From a virus, in the IMG/VR virus record IMGVR_UViG_3300027833_000013, positions 32,001 to 96,000 of that record: DNA of 64,000 nucleotides; one strand, 5' to 3'. Each line of letters begins with the position of its first letter. The first letter of the stretch is position 1. Positions 9,528 through 20,267 of this stretch are shown piece after piece. The notes beneath the pieces were generated by a model. The model did not search any database. It was not told the DNA's origin and saw only the letters and a program-made list of their open reading frames with translations. The position numbers and the translations under genes are program-made.

Positions 9528-9860
9528 TTATACTGCGCCAATGATCCAACCGTATGTGCTACCACTATACGTTAGAGTAACAATTGCGCCGGATACGTCA
9601 ATGGTTAAATCTTCAGTTGCTCCATTAATTTTAGCACTGTTACGCCCAATAGTAATATTGTTAGATTGTGCATTACCTGCAATGTCTAATATTTGTATTG
9701 TGTCGCCTACAAGCACCGACGAAACTGCCGGTAATGTAATAGTATATGCAGAACTAGCCATATTAGCTAATATCCTGTCATTTACTACAGCACTATAAGT
9801 AGTACTAATTTCTCTGTTTGTAACACCGGCTGTACCGATTGTTGTAATATATCTTCCCAT
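9528..9860 (-). CDS. Small fibre-junction-like structural protein
   Basis: TITLPA..VGDTIQILD.AG...NNITIGRN..KING...DLTID...TLTY...YGW pattern typical of tail-fibre joint domains. Confidence 0.55.
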   Translation of the reverse strand: MGRYITTIGTAGVTNREISTTYSAVVNDRILANMASSAYTITLPAVSSVLVGDTIQILDIAGNAQSNNITIGRNSAKINGATEDLTIDVSGAIVTLTYSGSTYGWIIGAV

Positions 9861-9881
9861 GGTTGTTTTTCCTTTTAAGTA

Positions 9882-10205
9882 TTAAGTAGCGGTTGAGGTT
9901 TCAATCCCCATTACTACAGCTGAAATATTTGCCGAACTGCAATATGCAACTATTTTTTGCGTGGCAGCTAGAACAATACCTGTTCTCTCTAGCACCCCTT
10001 TAGCAAGAATTTCTACATCATACTCGATGTATTCGCCGTTTGTCGGTGTATCTAAAGCCGCTACTGCAATACGCATTGTTACTGCTTGGTTGCCTCTATT
10101 AACAAGGTTTAACGAAGCAATTGTATATGTGTCTGCTGGACATGCATATACAGTTGTGTTTGTTGCTCCGGATAAATCCGCTTGTCCTAGTCTTCCTGTT
10201 GCCAT
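9882..10205 (-). CDS. About 110 aa beta-sandwich adaptor-like protein, paralogue A
   Basis: Similar in size and pattern to 21013..21342 and 32379..32717. Confidence 0.5.
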   Translation of the reverse strand: MATGRLGQADLSGATNTTVYACPADTYTIASLNLVNRGNQAVTMRIAVAALDTPTNGEYIEYDVEILAKGVLERTGIVLAATQKIVAYCSSANISAVVMGIETSTAT

Positions 10206-10220
10206 TTTCTCTTCTCCATT

Positions 10221-13200
10221 TTAGTTCAGTAAGAACATCTGTAATGCTACTGGTGCACCAGTTATCCCACCTTTGAAGTTCACAACATTATTTATGTTAA
10301 TTGGACCTCCACTAGTAGTAGATATTTGATTTTCAGTAATTTCAATTACACCTGCTGTTACACTGTTAACATTCAAAGTAGCAACACCGCCACCAATTTG
10401 TGATGTAATATAAGTTTTAATTGCTTTTTGTGTTGGTACAATACTGTCACTATCTGCACTGAATGTACCGTCTGTACTAAATTCACTAATAACTGCGCCT
10501 GCGCCGCCTAATGCAACACTACCTAGTTGTAGTTCATTTAGTCCACTAATATTAAACGCTTCAACGTTTAGTGTAGCAATACCCGTAGCCTGTTCAACGT
10601 TGAACAATCCGCCAACCCTAAAGTTACCATCTTGGTCAGTACTTGTGTAAAATACTCGTCCGCCGCCAAAGTTATTTGTTTCAACTAATGGATCAGGAGC
10701 TGATAATGGATCCTGTGGGTAATTAGTATTAGTAAAGTTACCAGTACCAATGTCTAAGAAATCGTGCCCTGTTAATCGTACTTGACTAAAACGTCTTCTT
10801 ATTGTAATTGCATCTAAGTGCGGTGGACGTTCGTCTGCCTCTAATTTAGGACTAATTTGAAGCAATGCACTATACGGGCCGTTGCCTACTAAGTTAGTAA
10901 TTGCTACTAGTTTATACCATGTATTTGACCTACTTGCAAATTCTACGTTCGAACCTTTTTGCGGAATTACTGATAAATTATCAACTCTTACTTTAGTACC
11001 AGTTTGATTAATATCAGCAAAACCGTCACCGTCTATAGTAGCCGTTGCTGTAATATATCCCGAGCCTCTATTAGAGAACGTAGGTTGTCTTAATACTCCG
11101 TTACCTACTCTAACAGTGTGTGCCATTTCAATAGTATTATTTGGATCTACTAGTGTCATTACCGGTGGACTAGATATACTATATCCTGTGCCCGGTTCAA
11201 TGATTCTAATTTCAATAACTTTCTCATCTGATACTCTTGCTCTACCCCTAGCCCTAATTCCACTTGCTGGTGCTTCAAATATCACCCTCGGTGATATAAT
11301 ATATGCAGTTGTTGAATCTAGAGTTGATGCTATAGCTGAACCAATTGCATGATTCCAACCTGCTGTACCATCTGAGTCTTTAAATACTGTTGCTACTTTA
11401 CTGCCGGAGTTAAATGTACCAATAACACCATATTGTCCAGCACCTAATCCACTAGTAATATAAATGCTCATTCCGTTGTATGCACCTGTTGCATTAACAT
11501 CAGTTGCCGCTAAACTAATTTGTGTTGTGTTGCCTGCTTGTGCATTACTTGCAACTTCTTTATATCCGTCTCCGCCATAAGTAGTACTGTCTGAATCAAT
11601 TTGTACTTCAAACACACCACCTGTTGCAATATTAGTAGCACTAACTGCCGCTCCAAATCCGTCTCCTCCAATAGAGTAACGAGTGGCAGCACCTATTGTT
11701 GCAACATCAAATGTACAGTTAGCCGCGCCACCACCACCAACTAAACTATCAACAACTGTAATAGTATCGTTTTCTGCGTGTCCCGTTCCGCCTTTAACAA
11801 CTGATACTGCATAAGTGCCATTAGATTCGACTTGTAGTGAAAATTCTTGTCCTGTGCCTGATCCTGTACTCGTTCCAACAATGCCATGATATGTTCCTTG
11901 AACTCGAAGATTATCAAATCCACTAACTGTGTCAACAGTTAATATAGATGATGTTTGCTCAGTAGTATATCCTTGGCCTGCATTTAAATATTCAAACTGT
12001 AATACTTGTGCTGATCCATCAGTAAATACTGCCGCAACTTGCGCTTCAAGTTGTTGGTTATCAATTCTACCTGTTACAGGAGTTTCAGTTGCATCAATAC
12101 CTTCAGCTACTGATCCAAAATCACCATAAGAGTTGTTACCGTTAGTAGCACGAACTTTACCACCTGATTCTGCAAGGTAGCCAATGTGGCAATAGTAAGT
12201 AAACACAGAAACAAGTTCTGCTCTGCCCAATTCGCTAACCCAAAAGCCAATGCCGTCACTTAAAATCTGTGTAAAGTCGTTTGCAACAATACTGTCATTG
12301 CCGCCGTTGTGTATTGAACCGTCTACTTTTAAACCAATACACGCTGTACCAAAGTTTGATACGTTTTGTACGTATGGGGACTTATTAATAATCCATCCGC
12401 GTGTATCGTCTGGACCCCAACCTGGATCTAAACTTACAAATGCGCCTGCGCTTGGACGCTTAGTACCAAACGAGTTTGCACTACTTAAAGTACCTTCTAA
12501 TCCACTTAATGAACAGTTTCTTAAACCAGTGCCGTTGCGCATATAAAACATATCTTCTAGTTGATTGTTTGCAACTGAGTTAATATAAAAACGTCCTGCC
12601 ATAAACACGTTATAGTTTGAATCGTATATTAAGTCTATTTTAACTGCATCAAGATATCGGTTGACATCACGTGTACAGGCTGCTATAGTATATGAGTAAC
12701 TTCCGTACGTTGCCGCAATATAAGCATGAACCTCTGCAATCATATATGCTCTGTTTTGTTCGAGCACTTCTACAGCGTAAGTGTATCCAGTAGATGTTAT
12801 AGGAGTATTAGATCCTCGATATAGCGGAACTGTACTATCTCCAGATGCTCCGTTAATACCGTAATCAATATAATCAGCTAATTCAGTAAATAAGTTTGAT
12901 GCATATGCACCTGCTGCCGAACTACCTGCTGGACGAGTTACTACTTGTGTTGCCGAGTTTCCTGATGACTCTGTAACATTTGCGTTTGTTACAATGCTTG
13001 AAGCTATTGCCGCTAGTCTTGCAATTGCCGCTAAACTTTTTGGAACATCTTCAGATGAAGTAACAGTTCCTGCAGGGCTAATTTTAGTTGAGCGCAATTC
13101 ATCGCCTACAACCGCTGTATCTTCAGGTACTCTAATTGGAAGTGTTTCAAAGAATTGTCCTGTTTTCACAAATACTGTTTTTTGCGCACGAGTCTCTTTT

Positions 13201-15305
13201 GGTATTCCAGTAATAACGCCTGCTGTAATTGCCGCTGTTGTAATACCAATTAAGTTATTTACAACAGTTTGTATACCAACAGTTTCTGTAAGTGTCGCTG
13301 GTTTAATTTGTGTAATCGGAGTAGCTACACTGTTTAGTGTTTGGTAGTTAGCTGCCGGGTCTACTTTACTTAATACTGCATCTGTTAATGTAGCAAGGTA
13401 ATTAAGTGCCGCTACTGTTTCTGCTGTTTGGCCTGCTACATAACTTGCACCTTCTGGTGTAAAATAAGCAAGTGCAGATTGTCTGTTTTTAACATTTCCG
13501 CCGTGACTAATATCCCATACAAGTGCATCAATAAGTATACCTGCATCTCTACGACAAGTTTCTTTAGTATATGTAAAGCTACTCGTGAACGGTGATCTGT
13601 TATTAGCAATACCGTAGTCAATCCATTCAACCACTTCAGCTTGCATAAACGCTCTGTTTTGTGCTAATATTTCTCTATCTGCAACAGCAAATGCGCCCTT
13701 TTCAATTTGTTCACATGCAAACCGTATAGACTTAAATGGCCTATCTAATGTAATGCCGTAGTCAGGTGCATCGCCGTCGACTCCTTTAACAGAATCACAG
13801 AAGTAAACATGATTTACATATCCAAAGTATGTCCATTCAGGCGCTGTTGCCGCATCATTAACTTTTAATATTTGGCCTGGTTTTCCAACTGGTAAACGTG
13901 CTGGTCCTGATCCACCGTAATAAAGTATGTCGCCTGCTGTTGTTAGGTTACCGGATTCAGCACCACCTGATAAGAAATTCCAATATGTTCCTGCTGTGTC
14001 AGTTGTAGGATCATTAACTCCTGTGCTCGATGTGTGTGCTAAAATACAAATATATGCATTAACTCCTGACGAAACAACATCGCCTGCATCGTAAAATGTA
14101 GAGTTAGTATATGCCGATTTCCATGCCGCGCCTTCATTTAACTTTTCCCAATAGCTTGCGTTTGGAGGACGCTGTCCGTTTGAGTTTGCAGTAGCTAGAT
14201 ACGTGTAGCCACCTAGTCTTACAACGTCACCAGTTCTATAATCTTCATTAGCACTGTCATCTCCATAATCACCACGTAAGTTAAATCCAGTTACAAATAC
14301 TTGCCAGTCGCTTGGTTGTTCTGCTGGTTTTTTCTCTACGTTATTTGTTCTAGCAATATATGTATATCCGCCGTAAGTTACAATGTCGCCTGGTTGATAT
14401 TCTGAGTATGCTCCCCAAGTATCTTCAAATTCTAATCCTGCAACAAACACCGACCAGTTAGATTGATCTAATCTTAAATTTTCATGTGTTGCATTTGATG
14501 TATGATGTCCTGTACAAATCCAAGTTCCGCCTGAATCTTTTACTACATCATTAATTTTATAACGATATGCATTTGCCCATTCGCCTAAGTATTCAATGCC
14601 CTTGTGGAAGTAATCCCACTTTGACTGATCTGCTTCTAGACCACTTGCTGCCGTAGCTGCCGAAGTATGTCCTACGTTGGCTCTATAAACTTGTCCGCCA
14701 TATCTAGCTAAGTCGCCTACCCGATAACGTGTGCTAATTTGCCATACGTCTTTCCAGTCTTGACCATCGCTCATCATGTCCCATTTAACTTGATCTGCTT
14801 CTAGTCCAGTAGTAGTAGTAGACGAACTTACGTGATATACTGTACAAATATAAATTCTAGATCCATACTTTACAATATCATTTACTTTATAACGAGTATT
14901 TATTGCCCAATTAGCTTTGTAATCAAATCCTTCTGAAAACAGATCCCAATATGCCGCAGTACTGTCATCGCCTAAATTACTTTCAAGCCCACCAATGATA
15001 TCATCATCGGAAATGTGTCCTGTATTTGCAATATACAGTAACCCACCGTATTTCACAACATCATTAATTTTATAAACTGTTTGTGCAGTCCAATCGCCCT
15101 TCCAAGTTTGGCCGTCGGAAAATTGTTGCCATTTGGGTGTTGCATTATTCAAGTCTAACATAAAGTCAGTTTGTGCAATGTGCCCAACAACACATATAAA
15201 CGTTTTACCGCCATATCTTACTACATCATCTTTGTAGTAAGTGGTAGAGGAAGACCATTCGTCTTTCCAAATAAACCTAATTCTACCTAACTTAAACTCT
15301 GCCAT
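10221..15305 (-). CDS. Giant fibre/spike protein: N-terminal W/Y repeats, beta-helix, two CxRD helical inserts
   Basis: Repeats W.G.W....Y...D.V.YGG..Y....H.S (CBM5/12-like); GDELRST, SPYVQNV, ANDFTQ and STDQDGNFRVG shared with 15369..20252. Start set at MAEFKLG (15305) from paralogue alignment, RBS and promoter 15330-15337. Confidence 0.8.
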   Translation of the reverse strand: MAEFKLGRIRFIWKDEWSSSTTYYKDDVVRYGGKTFICVVGHIAQTDFMLDLNNATPKWQQFSDGQTWKGDWTAQTVYKINDVVKYGGLLYIANTGHISDDDIIGGLESNLGDDSTAAYWDLFSEGFDYKANWAINTRYKVNDIVKYGSRIYICTVYHVSSSTTTTGLEADQVKWDMMSDGQDWKDVWQISTRYRVGDLARYGGQVYRANVGHTSAATAASGLEADQSKWDYFHKGIEYLGEWANAYRYKINDVVKDSGGTWICTGHHTSNATHENLRLDQSNWSVFVAGLEFEDTWGAYSEYQPGDIVTYGGYTYIARTNNVEKKPAEQPSDWQVFVTGFNLRGDYGDDSANEDYRTGDVVRLGGYTYLATANSNGQRPPNASYWEKLNEGAAWKSAYTNSTFYDAGDVVSSGVNAYICILAHTSSTGVNDPTTDTAGTYWNFLSGGAESGNLTTAGDILYYGGSGPARLPVGKPGQILKVNDAATAPEWTYFGYVNHVYFCDSVKGVDGDAPDYGITLDRPFKSIRFACEQIEKGAFAVADREILAQNRAFMQAEVVEWIDYGIANNRSPFTSSFTYTKETCRRDAGILIDALVWDISHGGNVKNRQSALAYFTPEGASYVAGQTAETVAALNYLATLTDAVLSKVDPAANYQTLNSVATPITQIKPATLTETVGIQTVVNNLIGITTAAITAGVITGIPKETRAQKTVFVKTGQFFETLPIRVPEDTAVVGDELRSTKISPAGTVTSSEDVPKSLAAIARLAAIASSIVTNANVTESSGNSATQVVTRPAGSSAAGAYASNLFTELADYIDYGINGASGDSTVPLYRGSNTPITSTGYTYAVEVLEQNRAYMIAEVHAYIAATYGSYSYTIAACTRDVNRYLDAVKIDLIYDSNYNVFMAGRFYINSVANNQLEDMFYMRNGTGLRNCSLSGLEGTLSSANSFGTKRPSAGAFVSLDPGWGPDDTRGWIINKSPYVQNVSNFGTACIGLKVDGSIHNGGNDSIVANDFTQILSDGIGFWVSELGRAELVSVFTYYCHIGYLAESGGKVRATNGNNSYGDFGSVAEGIDATETPVTGRIDNQQLEAQVAAVFTDGSAQVLQFEYLNAGQGYTTEQTSSILTVDTVSGFDNLRVQGTYHGIVGTSTGSGTGQEFSLQVESNGTYAVSVVKGGTGHAENDTITVVDSLVGGGGAANCTFDVATIGAATRYSIGGDGFGAAVSATNIATGGVFEVQIDSDSTTYGGDGYKEVASNAQAGNTTQISLAATDVNATGAYNGMSIYITSGLGAGQYGVIGTFNSGSKVATVFKDSDGTAGWNHAIGSAIASTLDSTTAYIISPRVIFEAPASGIRARGRARVSDEKVIEIRIIEPGTGYSISSPPVMTLVDPNNTIEMAHTVRVGNGVLRQPTFSNRGSGYITATATIDGDGFADINQTGTKVRVDNLSVIPQKGSNVEFASRSNTWYKLVAITNLVGNGPYSALLQISPKLEADERPPHLDAITIRRRFSQVRLTGHDFLDIGTGNFTNTNYPQDPLSAPDPLVETNNFGGGRVFYTSTDQDGNFRVGGLFNVEQATGIATLNVEAFNISGLNELQLGSVALGGAGAVISEFSTDGTFSADSDSIVPTQKAIKTYITSQIGGGVATLNVNSVTAGVIEITENQISTTSGGPININNVVNFKGGITGAPVALQMFLLN

Positions 15306-15368
15306 CAGTGACTCCAATATTATTAATAGTATTTATCAAAACCCTATGCTCCTCAATCTTTATTATAA

Positions 15369-18300
15369 TCATGCTCCGTTACCGCCTGCAAAGAATGCAT
15401 TTGTTAACATATCACCTTGTACTCCGTGAGCAACTCCTGGTTCGGTCGGATCACCTTGTATGTTCACTGGAACAAGAAAGTTAATTGCTCCGTTTAACGG
15501 TGTAAATATTTTATTACCTGATATACTGATGTTACCTGCATTTAATCTATTAACAGCTACATCAGAACCACCACTTGAAATACGTGACTTAACATATATT
15601 CCAATTGCTTTTTGTGTAGGCACAATGTTATTGGAGTTTGCTGTAAATGTACCATCTGTACTAAACTCTCTAATAACAGCACCTGTACCACCAAGTACAA
15701 CACCGCCTAGGCTCAACTCGTCTAATCCATTTAGATCAAAGAAACTTGCATTAATCGAAATAGTACCTGTCGACTGCTCAACTTCAAATAACTCACCAAC
15801 TCTAAAGTTACCATCCTGATCAGTACTTGTATAGAAAACACGACCACCATTAAATTGTAGCACTTCGTAATATTGTTGTGGTTCGTTTACTGCATTAAAT
15901 CCAAACAAATATAAACTTGGATACGCTGTATCGCCAAAGTTACCTGATCCAATATCTAAAAAGTCGTGTCCAGTAAGTCTAATTTGGCTATATTTTTCTC
16001 GCAACGTAAGTATTGTTCCATGTTCTGGCGATTCTTGTCTACCAATACCTGGGCTAATTTGAAACTTAGCTTCAATATTAGGAGCAGTGCCCGAGGAAGA
16101 TAATAATTTAACAATATAGTAAGTAACTCCGTCGATGCCAGCAATAGCAATATTATCTCCAGGTCCGGGCATTTTAGTTAAACTGCTCATAATCAAAGTA
16201 TCTGTTATTTGTAATTGTTCTGCAAATCCGTCTCCAAGTATAGTAGCAGTTGCACTAAAATATCCTGTGCCTCTGCTAGTATAAGTTGGCCATCCAAGTA
16301 CTCCATTATTAACTGATGCCCTTGTAGTTACATCTAATGTAGATTTGGGGTCAAATACTGTTATTGCTGGGAGAAACGCACTATCATAATAACTACCTGG
16401 GTTGCTTATAACAAATGATTGAATTCTATTACTTGCAACAATTGCTATTGCTTCTGCCTTTGCACCTGTTGCAATTCTAAGGAACTCATTTGAATCCTCA
16501 GCTACGCCTACCCATACACCATTATTTGCGGCAATACCTGTCCAGTCTTTAGCATCTGGTGATACTTTAGAAGTCCAACTATAACCATCTCTACTGTATG
16601 CAACAATGTCCGATAACGGATGTAGTGCTACAAACAATCCTTGATTATACGCAAGATCTCTCCATTTGCCTGTTTCCATAGATCCTGCAAACCAAGTAAT
16701 GCCATCATAGCTAACGGCTGTTGGGCATCTTGAACTATCGTCTTTTTCGCATACAGCAACAAATCTATCATTTCCGTATACTACTCTGTTCCATTCTTGA
16801 CTTGACGGAAGTGCAGTTTCAGTCCACGTAGACCCACTGTTTGTACTATACATAGCTTTATTTCCGCCACCTTGTATCATAACAAATGTTCCGCCACCGT
16901 ATGCAACACTAGCCCAGTCAGCCGTAACACTTACTGTTATAGTATTCCAAGAACTTCCGCTACTAGTTGATCGTGCAATTGAAGCTGTACCTGTGCTATC
17001 GCCTGTTCTGCCTACAGCAATCCAATTTGCTCCAGTCTCGTCGCCTTCTACATCGCTCCAGTCTAACGTAGCAGGTAATGTAGATGATGCCCAGGTTGTC
17101 CCATCTTGTGAATATAACGCTTTATTTCCATCTTCAGCTACGACAACATATTTGCCCCCAGCTGACCCAATAGCTTCCCACTGTCCTGATGTTGGGAATG
17201 TAAGCGGGCTCCAAGCCATTCCGTCTGTACTAATGGCCCCAGTTGCTGTATTTTTTGCTACTGTTACAAATCCTCCAGATGATCCGTATGCTACTGCACT
17301 CCACGGTTGCTCTGATGGAGCAGTTTGATTGGCAGCGGCAAATCCAGGCTCAGGAATAATTACCCTTGGTTCAATTACATAATACGAACTATCGTCTAGA
17401 GCTGTCACAATTGGCATACCTGTAACATGTTCCCATCCTGGTTCACCATTTGTTTCGTTTTCGCAAAGTACTTGTTTAATATCTTCTCTAAAGTTTTGGA
17501 TCTTTGCATATTGTCCTGCACCAGTTCCGGAAGATATACGTATACGCATCCCTTCATATAATGCAGAGGTTCCAGTATCAGCACCGGATAATATAATTTT
17601 AACTGCATCTCCCGATTGTGCTTTGTTCAACAAGTATTGATAATTTGCGCCACCAATAAAGTTTGAATCTTCTTCTGATGCAAATATTTCACTAATGCCA
17701 CCTTGTCTAAATTCAGTGTATGTTGGGTCTGCATTAATGCCTACACTTGTTAGTGTAACTGTAGCATTAGTATAATCCTGACCACAATGTGTGTACCCAA
17801 AGCCGTGTACTTCGTTTTGATCTGAATACACATTGTTAATAATAGCTTGGCTTGATCTGTTGTTTACCGAAGCAGTTGCCGGAACTTCTTCAACATTAAA
17901 TCCTTCAGCAACTGAGCCGTACAATCCGTACGAGTTGTTTCCGTTTAATGCACGTATTTTTCCGCCTGCAGTACACAAGTAACCAATATGACAATAATAA
18001 GTAAACACTGACACAAGCTCTGAAAGACCGTCGGCGTTAACCCAGTATCCAATCCCATCACTTAAAATTTGTGTAAAGTCGTTTGCAACCATTGACTTAT
18101 TGCCGCCGTTGTGCAATGCTCCGTCAATTTTCATTCCAATACAACCTGTGCCAAATGTAGTTACGTTTTGTACGTATGGTGATTTACTAGTAATCCATGC
18201 ATACTCGGCATCAGGGCCTGTAGCAGGATCTAATGAAACATATGCGCCTGCTGACGGGCGGCTGGTTAAATTATCATTAGGAGTACCTAGTGTACCAGAT

Positions 18301-20252
18301 AATCCTTGCAATGTCATATTGCGTAATCCAGACCCGTTGTGCATTAAAAACATGTTTGATGATTCATATCCCGTAGCCGGAAATATTGTAGTACTTCTTA
18401 ATTCGTCGCCTACTATAGCTGTATCTGCCGGAACAATAATCGGTAATACTTCGTTATAAGTGCCAGTTGCTATAAATATTGTTGCAGGAGCTCGGGCCGC
18501 GACATCACCTCTAATATATTGACATGCATAGTTAACTGAAGCATATGGAGTTGCCGCTGTCGAACCAAAGCCAACAGCATCAGTGCCGTCAGTTGACACA
18601 TAATAAACTTTTACAACTTCGTTTAACGATTCCCATTTAAGTGTAGATTCGTTATTTACTTTTATTACATGTCCTGCGTTACCTATACTAAGATTAACCG
18701 GACCTATTGTGCTACCATCTTCATTAGTATTAAAAGTACGAACATCACCTCTATATCTTAATGCGTTAGTTGCTGCCGGGGTTGAAGAGCCAAAGTATAT
18801 TTTCCAGTAATCAAATGCGCCTGTTTCTGCATCGGTATCAAATTTGGGTCTTGCTTCGAATATATTACTATAATGTTGTGTTTTACAAATATATGTATTA
18901 CTTTGATCCATAACAACATCACCTGGATAGTATTGTAAATATGTACTATCAGACGCATCATCGACTGTTTGCCAACCGCCGTATTCTCTCCATTCACCTT
19001 TCCATTGTATACCTGTTTGAAGTAGCAACCATTTTGTTAATCCAAATGTTTGACTGTTTTCGTCATCATTAATTGGATCTGAAATTAAGTCACCGGGTTC
19101 TACTAAATCACTTGAGATAATAACTTCTCTAGCTTCATAAAGATATGCACCTTTCCTTACAACGCTACCAACAGGATACGTTTGCGTTATATCCCAGTCG
19201 CCTTTCATTTTATAGCCTCTGGTTAATAATTCCCAGTCTGCATCTTCTACGTCTTGTAATACGCCGTTTTCATAAGGAAATACTCCGATATTAATTGTTA
19301 AAGAAGTATACGAATAGCCACCATATGTTGCAATATCGCCAGGTTGATAAACTACACCGGCATCCCATTCTGTTTCGTAGCCAAGTCCTGGTATCCATAA
19401 ATCCCAATCATCAACTGGATTAAAAGTACCAGAGCCACTCATGCCTCGTCTTGCTTTGTATAAACTAGAACCGTATTTTACAATATCATTAGTTTTATGA
19501 TACGATCCGGTCCACTCGCCTTTGTATTCAATGCCTTCGTGAACTAATTCCCATTTTGCTACTGAAGAATCTAAACCTAGCTCTGTGCCAATGCCTTCTG
19601 CAACTTGATCATTACTAGTGTGACCTATTGTACATCTATAAACATTACCGCCATATCTTACTATATCATCTTTGATATACCTAGATCCAACTGTCCAGTT
19701 ATTTTTCCAAAAGTCACTACGTTGCATTATTGTCCACTTAGACTGATCAGCTTCTAATCCTGCAATAGTAGATGCTGATTGATGATCTATTAAACATATA
19801 TAAACAATTCCGTTATATCGAATTGTATCATTTTTCTTGTATTCAGTAAATGCCGACCATAAATTTAACCAATTGTAACCTTTAGCAAAAGGTGTCCATT
19901 TATTTTGATCAGCTTCTAATCCCAATGCTACACTTGCTGAACTAGAATGACTGTCAATACAACTATATAAAATTCCTCTATATTTTATTAAGTCATTTAC
20001 TTTATAAAATGTAGATGGTAACCAATTACCTTTCCAGTCTTTGCCGTCAGCTACTTGTTCCCATTTAGGAGTCGATTCGCCTGCAACAAGAAAGTCTAAA
20101 TCGTTATTAAAGTCTGCAGATGCTGTGTGACTAATCAAAGAAACAAACGTTTTACCACCATATGAAACTATGTCATCTTTAATATACGCTGTACTTGCAA
20201 CCCATGGGCCTTTCCAATTATACCGTATTCTATCAATTCTAAATTCTGCCAT
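15369..20252 (-). CDS. Giant fibre/spike protein paralogue with a beta-propeller-like insert
   Basis: Same architecture as 10221..15305; insert of WxxVAYG/S.DG.TW repeats at about 16480-17330. Confidence 0.8.
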   Translation of the reverse strand: MAEFRIDRIRYNWKGPWVASTAYIKDDIVSYGGKTFVSLISHTASADFNNDLDFLVAGESTPKWEQVADGKDWKGNWLPSTFYKVNDLIKYRGILYSCIDSHSSSASVALGLEADQNKWTPFAKGYNWLNLWSAFTEYKKNDTIRYNGIVYICLIDHQSASTIAGLEADQSKWTIMQRSDFWKNNWTVGSRYIKDDIVRYGGNVYRCTIGHTSNDQVAEGIGTELGLDSSVAKWELVHEGIEYKGEWTGSYHKTNDIVKYGSSLYKARRGMSGSGTFNPVDDWDLWIPGLGYETEWDAGVVYQPGDIATYGGYSYTSLTINIGVFPYENGVLQDVEDADWELLTRGYKMKGDWDITQTYPVGSVVRKGAYLYEAREVIISSDLVEPGDLISDPINDDENSQTFGLTKWLLLQTGIQWKGEWREYGGWQTVDDASDSTYLQYYPGDVVMDQSNTYICKTQHYSNIFEARPKFDTDAETGAFDYWKIYFGSSTPAATNALRYRGDVRTFNTNEDGSTIGPVNLSIGNAGHVIKVNNESTLKWESLNEVVKVYYVSTDGTDAVGFGSTAATPYASVNYACQYIRGDVAARAPATIFIATGTYNEVLPIIVPADTAIVGDELRSTTIFPATGYESSNMFLMHNGSGLRNMTLQGLSGTLGTPNDNLTSRPSAGAYVSLDPATGPDAEYAWITSKSPYVQNVTTFGTGCIGMKIDGALHNGGNKSMVANDFTQILSDGIGYWVNADGLSELVSVFTYYCHIGYLCTAGGKIRALNGNNSYGLYGSVAEGFNVEEVPATASVNNRSSQAIINNVYSDQNEVHGFGYTHCGQDYTNATVTLTSVGINADPTYTEFRQGGISEIFASEEDSNFIGGANYQYLLNKAQSGDAVKIILSGADTGTSALYEGMRIRISSGTGAGQYAKIQNFREDIKQVLCENETNGEPGWEHVTGMPIVTALDDSSYYVIEPRVIIPEPGFAAANQTAPSEQPWSAVAYGSSGGFVTVAKNTATGAISTDGMAWSPLTFPTSGQWEAIGSAGGKYVVVAEDGNKALYSQDGTTWASSTLPATLDWSDVEGDETGANWIAVGRTGDSTGTASIARSTSSGSSWNTITVSVTADWASVAYGGGTFVMIQGGGNKAMYSTNSGSTWTETALPSSQEWNRVVYGNDRFVAVCEKDDSSRCPTAVSYDGITWFAGSMETGKWRDLAYNQGLFVALHPLSDIVAYSRDGYSWTSKVSPDAKDWTGIAANNGVWVGVAEDSNEFLRIATGAKAEAIAIVASNRIQSFVISNPGSYYDSAFLPAITVFDPKSTLDVTTRASVNNGVLGWPTYTSRGTGYFSATATILGDGFAEQLQITDTLIMSSLTKMPGPGDNIAIAGIDGVTYYIVKLLSSSGTAPNIEAKFQISPGIGRQESPEHGTILTLREKYSQIRLTGHDFLDIGSGNFGDTAYPSLYLFGFNAVNEPQQYYEVLQFNGGRVFYTSTDQDGNFRVGELFEVEQSTGTISINASFFDLNGLDELSLGGVVLGGTGAVIREFSTDGTFTANSNNIVPTQKAIGIYVKSRISSGGSDVAVNRLNAGNISISGNKIFTPLNGAINFLVPVNIQGDPTEPGVAHGVQGDMLTNAFFAGGNGA

Positions 20253-20267
20253 TTTTCTTCCTAATCT

